The notes below the pieces were generated by a model. The model was not told the DNA's origin and did no database searches. It saw only the letters and a list, made by a program, of their open reading frames with translations. Shown here in pieces: positions 1-10,606 of a DNA stretch of 64,000 nucleotides. Positions within the stretch are counted from its first letter, which is position 1, and every line of letters begins with the position of its first letter. The translations under genes were made by a program, and so were the position numbers. Source of the DNA: Macrostomum lignano (lineage: Eukaryota); NCBI GenBank assembly GCA_002269645.1, contig NIVC01003223.1, positions 21,555 through 85,554 of the forward strand. The letters run 5' to 3'.

Positions 1-1226
1 CAGGCTCAACATAATAATTAAGCTTTCACCCTAAATATGTAAATAGAATCAACAATCAACGAGTCTTTCAATTAAAAGCATAACTTTTTCTTAAGAAAAT
101 AACGTATGGCTCGAATTTTCAAGTGAGAAACGCATGAAATGAAATCAATATAAATATTATTTATTAAAAGCTTAAAACAGAAAAAGGTGCCGACTAAAAC
201 TGTTAGTTATTAAGCTTACCCTAGTTCGATTTAAAAAGCAAAATTTATGTTGTTCGTTATGTAAAGAAAGTAGTCAATGCTGTTAGTATTGGCGCTGTCG
301 CATGCAAAAAAATCGAATTTAATACCAAAGTCGAAAAATTAGGTAACCAATGTTGCTATAATAGTGCATAAGTAAATATTATGTTTAATTTTTATTTAAT
401 AAAATTTTGCTTATTTTTTTGTAACTATATTACTGTAGTATATGATTTTTGTGTCTTTGACAAAGGTTTTCTTATAATGCAAATCTATGAACTCTAAAAA
501 TAGGCGGTAAATCAAGCTTCTTTGATCTCAAGAATATTTTTATTGCACCAGCACCACGCAATACAAATCGAACTTATCCCAGCCTTCTTTCAATGTTTTA
601 GCTTTGCAAGAAATACAACAAATAGTTCGAATGCTCTGTTATATAAAATGTGTCTATCATTCTTTAATGCAACAATTTTATTAGAAATTTAGTTAAATTT
701 GCAACCTTAGCCTTAACATCTTAAAGATGTTACTTTACTTTAAGATGTTAACATCTTAACCATTTGTGGCAATGTACCCATTATTATAAAGATAAATGTT
801 TTTTTATTATATAGGATTATTATTAGCCATTAATGGTCCAAACCCTGAATACTTTTCTGTGTTTTAATCTGTGCTACATACTACATTAGATACTTTAGCA
901 TAAAGGATTATACCAATAAACTCCTAATAGTATTAGTATGATAACATCCAATGATAAATTACTTTTCTCAAGGAAAATATATCAATGATAATTAAATATT
1001 ATCATATTTAAAAAAATTCTCTTTGAATGTCTTAATTTTTAGGCAGAGCAAAATGTAGAGTTAAGATTTTTAAAATTTAAGTGCATTATAATTTACATTA
1101 TAATAAATACAGTATTTTGTATCACAATTATTCCTGATCAAGTCATCACCTAAATCTACTTTAACAACACTTGCATTTAGACTATTAAGTGTCGCATCGA
1201 GTCAAGTTTCACTACTAAAAGTAGTC

Positions 1227-1775
1227 ATGACCAAGCGCAAGGCGGCAGCAACCGCAGCAGCAGCTGGGTTATCGCAGCCAACCCGAGCTAAAAGTGCTCG
1301 CACTGCGGCAGCTAACAAAGCATCGACTTCATCAAAATTGCCGCCGAATTTCGAATGGACTCAAGCTGGCGGATTAGCCAAGCCCGGCGTACCGCACATG
1401 TTCGTGCTGTCGTCTTCAACCGCCGCGGCGGCGAAAAAGTGCGCCGTATTCGACATTGACTGGTGCCTCATCAAGCCCAAGTCTGGTGGAAAATGGCCAA
1501 AGAATGCCACCGATTGGTGCTGGCTGTTTGACTCTGTGCCGGATAAGCTGAAGCAGTTGCACTCAGACGGCTATCGGCTGCTGTTCATCTCCAATCAGTC
1601 GGGCTTTGAGAAGGGCACCACCAGTCCCAAAGAGATTATGCAGAAATGCGAATTGGTTATTAGCGAGCTGGGCGTGCCTGCTGATGTCATTCTGATTGGC
1701 TCAGTCAGTCATTTTCGTAAGCCCGACATTGGCGCCTGGGAGTTCTTCGTGAGGGACTGCAACGGCGGCGTTGAG
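1227..1775 (+). CDS. PNKP: PNKP exon 1 (HAD phosphatase N-part)
   Basis: ATG at 1227; donor GAG|GTGAGC; FDIDWCLIKPKSG. Confidence 0.88.
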
Positions 1776-3862
1776 GTGAGCGAATGCTGACAGAGTGGGA
1801 CACTCTGTGGGACAGGGACTGTGGGACAGGGAGAGTGGGATAGGGAGAGTGTGGGACAGGGAGAAGTGTGGGACAGGGAGAGTGTGGGACAGGGGTGGTG
1901 TAAGACAGGGAGAGTGTGGGACAGGGAGAGTGTGGGATAGGGAGAGTGTGGGACAGGCAGAGTGTGGGACAGGGAGAGTGTGGGACAGGCAGAGTGTGGG
2001 ACAGGGAGAGTGTGGGACAGGGAGAGTGTGGGACAGGCAGTGTGTGGGACAGGGAGAGTGTGGGACAGGCAGTGTGTGGGACAGGAAATATGGGACAATT
2101 AATTTTCGAGCAATCCCCTCTTTAAACTCGAACCCAACTCCCCCAGTTCGACCAGTCGTCCAGTTTCTTTGTCGGCGACGCGGCCGGCCGCCCAGCCAGC
2201 GGGTCGCGCAAGAAGGATTTCTCCTGCTCCGACCGGATGTTCGCCGCCAACATCGGCCTGCCGTTCAGCACGCCGGAAGAATTCTTTCTAGACGAGCCGA
2301 AGTCCGAGTTCGATTGGGGCGCACCGAGTCCGCAGAGCTTGCTGAACGCGGCGGCGAGCTGCAGCCTACCGGGGGTGAGTCTGTTAATCCGGATTATCTC
2401 AACATTAATAATGTCCCCACCTGGAGTAACTCTAAATTAGAAATATCCCAACCTGGATTATCCCTATATTAGAAATATCCCCACCTGGATTATCTACCTA
2501 AAGTAGAAATATACCCACCTAGACTATCCCTCCCTAAATTAAAAATATTCCCACTTGGATTATCCCTCCCTAGATTAGAAATATACCCACTTGGATTATC
2601 CCTCCCTAAATTAGAAATATCCCCACTTGGATTATCCCTAAATTAAAAATATCCCACCTAGACTATCCCTCCCTAAATTAAAAATATTCCAACTTGGATT
2701 ATCCCTCCCTAAATTAGAAATATTCCCACTTGGATTATCCCTCCTTAAATTAGAAATATCCCCACCTGTATTATCCCTCCCTAAATTAGAAATATCCCCA
2801 CCTGGATTATCCCTAAATTAGAAACATCCCCACCTGGATTATCCGTACTTTAAAAATATATCCACCTGGATTATCTCTAAATTACAAATATCCCCACTTG
2901 GATTATCTCTCCCTAGAATGGAAATATCCCCACTTGGACTATCCCTCCTTAAATTAGAAATATCCCCACCTGGATTATCCCTAAATTAGAAATATCCCCA
3001 CCTGGATTATCCCGACATAAATAATCGCCAATCTCCCCTACTCAATCAAGAACCTGTTGTCAAGGAGGCAACCGGAGCTGCTGCTGACCGTAGGCGCCCC
3101 AGCCTGCGGCAAGTCCAGCCTGGCTGAGCGCGTGTTCGTGGGCGAGCAGGGCTACTCCAGGGCCAACAGGGACCTGTTGAAAACGCCGGCCGCATGCCTG
3201 AGAGTGGCCGAGGAGGCGATTAAGAGCGGCAAGTCGGTCATTGTGGACAACACTAATCCGTCTAGGCAGGATCGGGCCCAGTACCTGGAGCTGGCTAAGA
3301 GGCTTAAGGTGTGCGCACTGCTAATTACGAGCTATCTTGATGATCCTAACAAATTTTCCTAATTTTCCACGACGATTAGATCCCAAATAATCCCAATTTT
3401 CTCCCAAGGGTTAGACCCTAAATTATGCTAATTTCTTCCAAATATTAGATTCCAAATCATTCACATTTTTCCCAAATATTAGACCCAAAATCATCCAAAT
3501 TTCTTCCAAATATTGGATCCTAAATCATCCCACGACCAGATCCAGAATGACAATGATAACTGATCAGGGATTCCTTCATCACGATAGTAACTGATTTATC
3601 CCAGGTGCCAGCCCGCTGCTTGCTAATGACAACAGACAAGGCCCTGGCCGAGCACCTGAACATGTTTCGCCAAAGCCAAACGGCCAGCAAAGTGCGCCGG
3701 GTGCCCCTGGTTGCCTACCGGATGTACTACAGCAAGTACTCAGAGCCCACTGTTGCCGAGGGCTTCTCAGAGATTGTCCGAGTTCCATTCGTCTACAAGC
3801 CCGAGCTGCTTAGCCAGAGAGACAGGAAGCTCATTTTGAATTGGACAACGGCTGGCCATTGA
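1227..3862 (+). CDS. PNKP: Bifunctional polynucleotide kinase 3'-phosphatase, 4 exons (1227-1775, 2147-2374, 3051-3308, 3605-3862), 430 aa
   Basis: HAD motif FDIDWCLI, ISNQSG, FRKPDIGAW, FVGDAAGRP..KKDFSCSDRMFAANIGLPFSTPEEFF; kinase P-loop GAPACGKSS; VIVDNTNPS. All three introns are GT-AG and phase 0. Confidence 0.93.
1795..2095. repeat. 16-bp minisatellite (GGGAGAGTGTGGGACA) in PNKP intron 1
   Basis: Tandem copies read directly. Confidence 0.9.
2147..2374 (+). CDS. PNKP: PNKP exon 2 (phosphatase C-part)
   Basis: ccccag|TTC ... GGG|gtgagt; FFVGDAAGRP. Confidence 0.9.
2415..3012. repeat. 32/36-bp minisatellite (CTGGATTATCCC[TCCC]TAAATTAGAAATATCCCCAC) in PNKP intron 2
   Basis: Tandem copies read directly. 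Confidence 0.9.
3051..3308 (+). CDS. PNKP: PNKP exon 3 (kinase P-loop)
   Basis: caag|AAC ... AAG|gtgtgc; VGAPACGKSS. Confidence 0.88.
3345..3530. repeat. Degenerate ~34-bp repeat in PNKP intron 3
   Basis: ttagaYcc recurs about every 34 nt. Confidence 0.7.
3605..3862 (+). CDS. PNKP: PNKP exon 4 (kinase C-terminus)
   Basis: cccag|GTG ... TGA; YYSKYSEPTVAEGFSEIVRVPF. Confidence 0.88.
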   Translation: MPARCLLMTTDKALAEHLNMFRQSQTASKVRRVPLVAYRMYYSKYSEPTVAEGFSEIVRVPFVYKPELLSQRDRKLILNWTTAGH

Positions 3863-4479
3863 GACAGACGCATAAAAGTACACGTTATGTACTTTTTGCT
3901 GAATGAAATAACCTTGTTTCCCATAACCTTTAACGGAATTTTTACAATTATCCTTATATAACATGTCATGGAATTATTTTTCATGATGTTTACTTAACTG
4001 GAGCTTCACTTCACGTGACTTGGCCAGCAATAGATTCCCTTCTGTGATTGCAACTCTGTGTAGGTCACTTGACTTTACTAATGCACAGTAGGCACTCACT
4101 GCGGCTGCAACTCTGGGTCACGTGACTGCTAATGCACAGTAAGGGGCACTCTGGGTCACGTGACTTTGCAACTGTAGCTCAGTAATTCAGTTAAACCATT
4201 TAATCAACATTGAATTTCTATTTTTCCTCACGCAAAGCACAAAAATCCACTATCACTCCACTATACTATAATAAAACGTTTCATTCGATAATAATTTTTA
4301 GTCATAAATTTTCTCGTTGTCGCGAATTTTATGGTCTTACACCGTACGTAGACAGAGTTTTTCTGAAACTATTTTTTTAAACTAGTTAACAAACTACTAA
4401 TGAAAATATATAATTTATCTAGATAAGCAGTTAACTTTTTCTGCAAAAAGTTTTACATATTTTCATTGATTTTCTTGGA

Positions 4480-5115
4480 TCTAGTCAGAACTAACCCACT
4501 CGGAATCAACCTCATACACCTACATGTTTGATCTGTGACCCAATCTCTTAAATAGACACCCCGACACTGACCCACTCGGACTCCCATCACGATGCTTTTG
4601 ACCCATTTGGCGCGCTAGGATCCTATTTTATCGACCAACTTGAACTCCATCCTCTCGAACTTCTTAGAACCACTCTGACCCACTCGGACCCACCCGCTTG
4701 ACCCACTCTGACCCCTCAATCTTGACCCACTCTGACCCCACCCTATTGACCCACTGTGACCCCACAATCTTGACCAACTCTGACCCCACCCTCTTGACTC
4801 ACTCTTACCCACTCTGACCCCACCCTTTTGACCCACTCTTATACCCACCCTATTGACCCACTCTTACCCACCCTATTGACCCACTCTTACCCACCCTATT
4901 GACCCACTCTTACCCACCCTATTGACCCACTCTTACCCACCCTATTGACCCACTCTTACCCACCCTATTGACCCACTCTTACCCACCCTCTTGACCCACT
5001 CTGACCTCACCCTCTTAACCCACTCTGATCTCACCCTTTCGATCCACTCTTACCCACCCTCTTGACCCACTCTGACCTCACCCTCTTGACCCACCCTCTT
5101 GACGCACTTAGACTC
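4480..5115. repeat. 23-bp minisatellite (TTGACCCACTCTTACCCACCCTA), PNKP 3' flank
   Basis: Tandem copies with degenerate edges. Confidence 0.9.
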
Positions 5116-6004
5116 ATTCTCTTGAGCAACCTAGACCCTAGCCTACTGTTCCAATCCTACCCTATCCGCAGCAGGTAAATGTGAAGTTACCTGCTCCCTG
5201 TTACAAAGGTCTGAATGTGAGGAAAAAAACAACAGCAAATATATAAATTTCTTTTTCTGTGCAGTTATTAATTATTAATTATGTACACTGGGGATTACAC
5301 CTGATGTATTATTATACATTGTATATATTAATTAGGCAACAGTTGTCGTTAAACAACAATTTTAATATTGCTTACAGTAGCAAGAAGTCTCCAAACGGAC
5401 AAATGCGAAAAATCAGCATTTGTATCATACTACTATGGATAGCACCGAGAAAATAATTTTGTAATAAATTTAAAAACAAAATTGAAAATTTGAAAGTTTT
5501 AAATTGAAAGCAAGTGACCATTGCGGCGTAAGTGAATACGAGGTAAGAAAGAGCAAAATTTGTTATAATTTTTGTGCGCGCAAATTCAAATTCAAACTAA
5601 AAGTACGTGACAGCAGATAAACAAATTGAATTTGAATTAACAAACTAAATCAACAGTACATAGAATGCCTAAAAATAGTAAATTGAAATGCGCATACTAC
5701 TACTGACAAGTAAAATGCTAACCTTAGTTTATTAAAAATAAACAATTTGCACGAGATTTCGAGTTGAATTCAAAGTATACGATTGACAAAGTTAATAGAA
5801 CAAAACCGCTAATTAATTAACTAACGAATAAACAAAGACAAACCGACACAGTGCTTAAAGCTTTTTATCCGTTATCATACGACTAGGAAATAATGAGTTC
5901 ATGAAAAAGACAAACAAATATATATATATATAATATATGGCTGTAACAAACCAAATTTTACAAGAATGACAAAAAATAAATAAATTATAAAAAATACACC
6001 AGAA

Positions 6005-6725
6005 AGTCAGTTACAAAGTGGGTCAGGTAGTCAATAAGTGAGTCAGCAAGTGAGCCAAGAAGTGAGTAAATTAGTGGGTCAGGTTATCAGTGAATAAGTG
6101 GGTCAAGTAGTCAATAAGTGGGCCAGGTAGTGAGTCAATAAATGGGCCAGGCAGTAAGTCAATAAGTAGGTCAGGTAGTGAGTCAATAAGTGGGCCAGGT
6201 AGTGAGTCAATAAGTGGGTCAGGTAGTGAATCAATAAGTGGGTCAGGTAGTGAGTCAATAAGTGGGTCAGGTAGTGAGTCAATAAGTGGGCCAGGTAGTG
6301 AATCAATAAGTGGGTCAGGTAGTGAGTCAATAAGTGGGTCAGGTAGTGAGTCAATAAGTGGGCCAGGTAGTGAGTCAATAAGTGGGCCAGGTAGTGAGTC
6401 AATAAGTGGGTCAGGTAGTGAGTCAATAAGTGGGTCAAGTAGTGAGTCAATAAGTGGGCCAGGTAGTGAGTCAATAAGTTGGTCAGGTAGTGAGTCAATA
6501 AGTGGGTCAGGTAGTGAGTCAATAAGTGGGTCAGGTAGTGAGTCAATAAGTGGGTCAGGTAGTGAGTCAATAAGTGGGTCAGGTAGTGAGTCAATAAGTA
6601 GGTCAGGTAGTGAGTCAATAAGTGGGCCAGGTAGTGAGTCAATAAGTAGGCCAGGTAGTGAGTCAATAAGTAGGTCAGGTAGTGTCAGAAGGTGGGTCAA
6701 TGTTAGGTTAGTAAGTAGGTCAGAC
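6005..6725. repeat. 24-bp minisatellite (GTAGTGAGTCAATAAGTGGGTCAG), SLBP 3' flank
   Basis: Tandem copies read directly. Confidence 0.92.
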
Positions 6726-6774
6726 AATGAATCCGTAACTAAATTTGGTTGTGCTTAATTGGGAAGTCTAAGGA

Positions 6775-6990
6775 GCAGCACATTCAACTCAGTATTTGAG
6801 CATCACCCAGCAGCACACAACTCAGTATTTGAGCATCACTCAGCAGCACACAACTCAGTATTTGAGCATCACTCAGCAGCACAAATACACAACTCAGTAT
6901 TTGAGCATCACTCAGCAGCACACAACTCAGTATTTGAGCAGCACATTCAACTCAGTATTTGAGCAACACATTCAACTCAGTGCTTGAGCT
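6775..6990. repeat. 25/33-bp repeat overlapping the SLBP stop codon
   Basis: AACTCAGTATTTGAGC recurs; the last copy is the stop-codon context. Confidence 0.85.
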
Positions 6991-7654
6991 TCTTGGAGGG
7001 CGAGTCGGTGAGGGCGGAGGACCTCTTGCGGGTGAGTCTGGGACAGGCGGCTCCCACAGCGAGTCCCTGAACATCGCTGGTCAAGCCGCTGTGCAGAGCG
7101 TCGGGCTGGACGCTGGAGGTGGCGGCAGGTACAGCGGTGAGGGTCCGAGAGTCGCCGTCTTCATCGTCAGCCGGAAGCTTCGCAGGCGGTGGCGGCGGCG
7201 TGGACGATGGCGAGGACCGCGGCGAGATGCCAGCGCTGCTGCTGGCTGCGTCATCCCAGCGATGAAGCTGCAGCTTCCACTGCTTGACGCAGCCGTCCCA
7301 GGCTCTGCGGGACATTCGCACGAACTTGTTCGGAGTTCGCGGGTCGCCCTTCTCCCGCAGAGGCTTCGGCACCGACTTCACGTAGTTCGCGTACGCCGTC
7401 AGGTTCTTCGACTTGTCGATGTCGCGCTGCCGACGCAGCAGAACCGCCTCATCGTCCTCCATCTCGAAGCAGCTGCCGTCTGAGGCGTTTGAGTTCAGCG
7501 ATGAGTTCAAGTTGCCTCCCACGCTGCTGTTGAGGCTCTGCGACAGCCGCTTCTGCGCCTGCTTGGCCTCGTAGCGCTGCCTGTCGAGTCGCGTCGTCTC
7601 GAACAGCTCGTCCTGCTTGGCCCAGTCCGTGTACATGGGGATGCGCTCCTTCAC
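6977..7654 (-). CDS. SLBP: SLBP exon 2 (RNA-binding domain)
   Basis: ccccag|GTG AAG; TPNK..SRRAWD..VKQWKLQLHRWD; ends TGA. Confidence 0.92.
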   Translation of the reverse strand: MKERIPMYTDWAKQDELFETTRLDRQRYEAKQAQKRLSQSLNSSVGGNLNSSLNSNASDGSCFEMEDDEAVLLRRQRDIDKSKNLTAYANYVKSVPKPLREKGDPRTPNKFVRMSRRAWDGCVKQWKLQLHRWDDAASSSAGISPRSSPSSTPPPPPAKLPADDEDGDSRTLTAVPAATSSVQPDALHSGLTSDVQGLAVGAACPRLTRKRSSALTDSPSKKLKH

Positions 7655-8399
7655 CTGGGGATGGGGTGCGGCTGCTCAGTACCTGAGATACCTGGGATGG
7701 GGTGCGGCTGCTCAGTACCTGGGATACCTGGGATGGGGTGCGGCTGCTCAGTACCTGGGATACCTGGGATGGGGTGCGGCTGCTGAGTACCTGAGATACC
7801 TGGGATGGGGTGCGGCTGTTCAGTACCTGGGAAACCTGAGATGGGGTGCGGCTGCTCAGTACCTGGGATACATGGGATGGGGTGCGGCTGCTCACTACCT
7901 GGGATACCTGGGATGGGGTGCGGCTGCTCAGTACCTGGGATACCTGGGATGGGGTGCGGCTGCTCATGCTCAGTACCTGGGATACCTGGGATGGGGTGCG
8001 GCTGCTCATGCTCAGTACCTGGGATACCTGGGATGGGGTGCGGCTGCTCAGTACCTGGGATACCTGGGATGGGGTGCGGCTGCTCATGCTCAGTACCTGG
8101 GATACCTGGGATGGGGTGTGGCTGCTCAGTACCTGGGATACCTGGGATGCTCCCAATACCCCAGCAAGCGCACGCACCTGCCGCAGCTCAATGCTTGGAT
8201 CATATCGCAGGTGTCTCGGCACCCCGCCAGCCAGGCTGTTCCGCCCGCCAGCAAAGCCGTGGCGCCGACCGCCCCTGCCAGCCAGTGAGGAGCCGGCGGC
8301 AGCAGAGGCTGGCAGCGATGGCCGCGAGATTCGACTCCGGGACCTGCTGGTGTCCCTGCGGCGCTGCGGCGAGGCTGCCTTCCTGTGACGGGTCTCCAT
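6977..8399 (-). CDS. SLBP: Histone RNA stem-loop binding protein, 2 exons (8142-8399, 6977-7654)
   Basis: RNA-binding domain EDDEAVLLRRQRDIDKSKNLTAYANYVKSVPKPLREKGDPRTPNKFVRMSRRAWDGCVKQWKLQLHRWD matches the SLBP family pattern. Phase-0 GT-AG intron 7655-8141. Confidence 0.9.
7655..8150. repeat. 36/42-bp array forming the whole SLBP intron
   Basis: Sense unit GTATCCCAGGTACTGAGCAGCCGCACCCCATCCCAG. Confidence 0.93.
8142..8399 (-). CDS. SLBP: SLBP exon 1 (basic low-complexity N-terminus)
   Basis: ATG GAG ACC at 8399; GC-rich; donor CAG|GTATCC in phase with exon 2 (a second donor 9 nt downstream is also possible). Confidence 0.7.
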
Positions 8400-9867
8400 A
8401 ACTATACACAAAGCTTTGATTTCGTCTAGTATATAAAACAAGCCTTTAAGTTGTCTCTCTGTAGTGTGTACATAAGGTAGAATGATTAGTATATTTTCAT
8501 TATTGCACAGGCAAAATAACATAGAGCCACAGATATGTGTCTTATTTATTACAAAAATGAATTTATCAGTGTTGGGCACTGCTAATGAAAATTTTTACTT
8601 CTGTTAATTGCAAAAGTAAAAAAATATTTAATAAAAACTACTTGTATATAAAATACTACTAAGAGTATGTATAAAGTAAAATAAGTAACTTTCATAATTG
8701 AAACTTAAAATAATTGACAATTTTAACTCATTAATTGCATGATCATCATAAACAGAGATTAATTAGACACCCAGGTAAGTTAGAATGTTTTAACTTCTTA
8801 TCAGACTTTAATTTATATACTAGTGGAGTAATTGACTATTTAGGAATGAACTGGTGCTTAAAACTATTATTAAATAAGCTAAAATGTATCTTAAAATACA
8901 GTTAACATTGTTGATCATTAATAAAATAATAAGTATAAATATATACATAAACATCCCCTACTGTAAACAAGGGTCAAATTGTGCCAGACATCCCTTGGTA
9001 GCAAATTGGTATACATCTATAATATAATACTAAAACACTCATAGCATTTTATTTTAGCATATAATTTAAAATCTACTTGAAGAATAAATTTAAATATTAT
9101 AGTTTATCCTCTATGTTCCTAATCCTATTTCATTAGGAATAACTAAGCCAATGATAATAGTTGTGTTTAAATTAAAATATAGGCCTATAATATGAAAAAT
9201 TGTAGTCATGCATGGTTTCATGCATGGTCTAGTTCCCATAGTTTGGAATACCCTGTATGTATGCCAGACTAAAATCTCCCATTTACTTTTATTTCATAAT
9301 TTTATTCTACAACTGCAAGAACATGTTTGCTACTTTATTATTATCCATTTTTATACACTAGAAAGTATGCTTACAAAAAAAAATTGGTATGCCAAGTGTT
9401 TGCCAAAGTTGTGAGTGTACGCCAGATTAATCTAGCATACCACCCCTCTTCTAGACTATGGAGTATCGTCTAGTTCTAATCATGCCACACTCAGGAAGGT
9501 GTACATTATGGCAGAAAATTCCGGCACATATCAACAAAAAATGTGCACAAAGTGGCACACACGGCGCACAACAAAGGCTTAGCAGAAGTTTTTAGTGCAC
9601 AGTGGTGCACAGCAAAACCTGATCAGAAAAATGTAGCTTACAATGAGTCACCTAAATGTATAATCTGCATATGCAGTGCATAAAATATGCTGTAAGATTA
9701 CGTATTTTCCAAGCACATCAATAAAAAAATTGTTTCTTGGTAAGTGAAACGAAAAATAAATTTCAAAATGGGATTTTACTGCGAAGTTAAAGCTATTTCT
9801 TTTGACAATTTTCTATGTAAGCTAAAATAAAGCAAAAGTTTTGAGTTGAAAAAAAACCTACATAAGG

Positions 9868-10606
9868 GAATACAATCCACTTCAGTAACAACCATTTAGG
9901 TAACAGCCACTTGGGTAACAAAAAATGACCACTTTGATAACAGCCATTTTGGTAACAGCTCACCAACAGCAGCTACTTTGGTAACACAAATTTACGACTG
10001 TCAACACTTTATTTTTATAATAACTTGGTTTGCTATAGTTAGTTTAACAATTAACATCTCAAATATCTTATTGTCACATACTATCGTTAAACTTTCTAGT
10101 TAAACTGTGTTATACTTCGTTTAAACTTGCACGTTAACTTTGTGAAAAATTTAAAGGCAACGAAAATTAAGCAAACCACGCGCGAGCTGGCCTGCCTGGC
10201 CGGCCATATGTTAAAAATGAAAAAAAATATTTTAAATAACTAATAAAGAAAGTATTAATAAGTATTAATAAAGAAAGTAGATTCTGTAGTACCAAGTCGC
10301 TATTTGCTAACTAGATCAAAGATTCTAATGTACATGGTACACAATATTTGGTCAATTACAGGATGTCTTGGGTGCATACATGTTTTTGACTTATCCGGAA
10401 ATTAAATAGATTGGTTAAAACATTTTTAAACAACTTAAATAAATGCATACCTGCGTTGTTGTTGTCGTTCTTTCTTCAAAGTTTGTTCACGCATTCTTTT
10501 GGACCATGGACCTATCAATTAATACATTTTATATATTATTCTCACTTGTTACCGAAGTGGCTGTTACCGAAATGGCTATTACCGAAGTGGACTGTTGTCT
10601 GTTACC
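9868..10606. mobile_element. MITE-like element with ~50-bp inverted ends built of GGTAACAGCCACTT subrepeats
   Basis: Left ggtaacagccacttgggtaac (9899) vs reverse complement of right ggtaacagccacttcggtaac (10548-10568); acataagg flanks both sides; no ORF. Confidence 0.55.

Noticed and set aside
6071-6727. Long repetitive ORFs (LIDSLPDP / THYL repeats)
   Set aside because: They are translations of the 24-bp array. Stop-free frames follow from the unit sequence, and there is no unique coding context.
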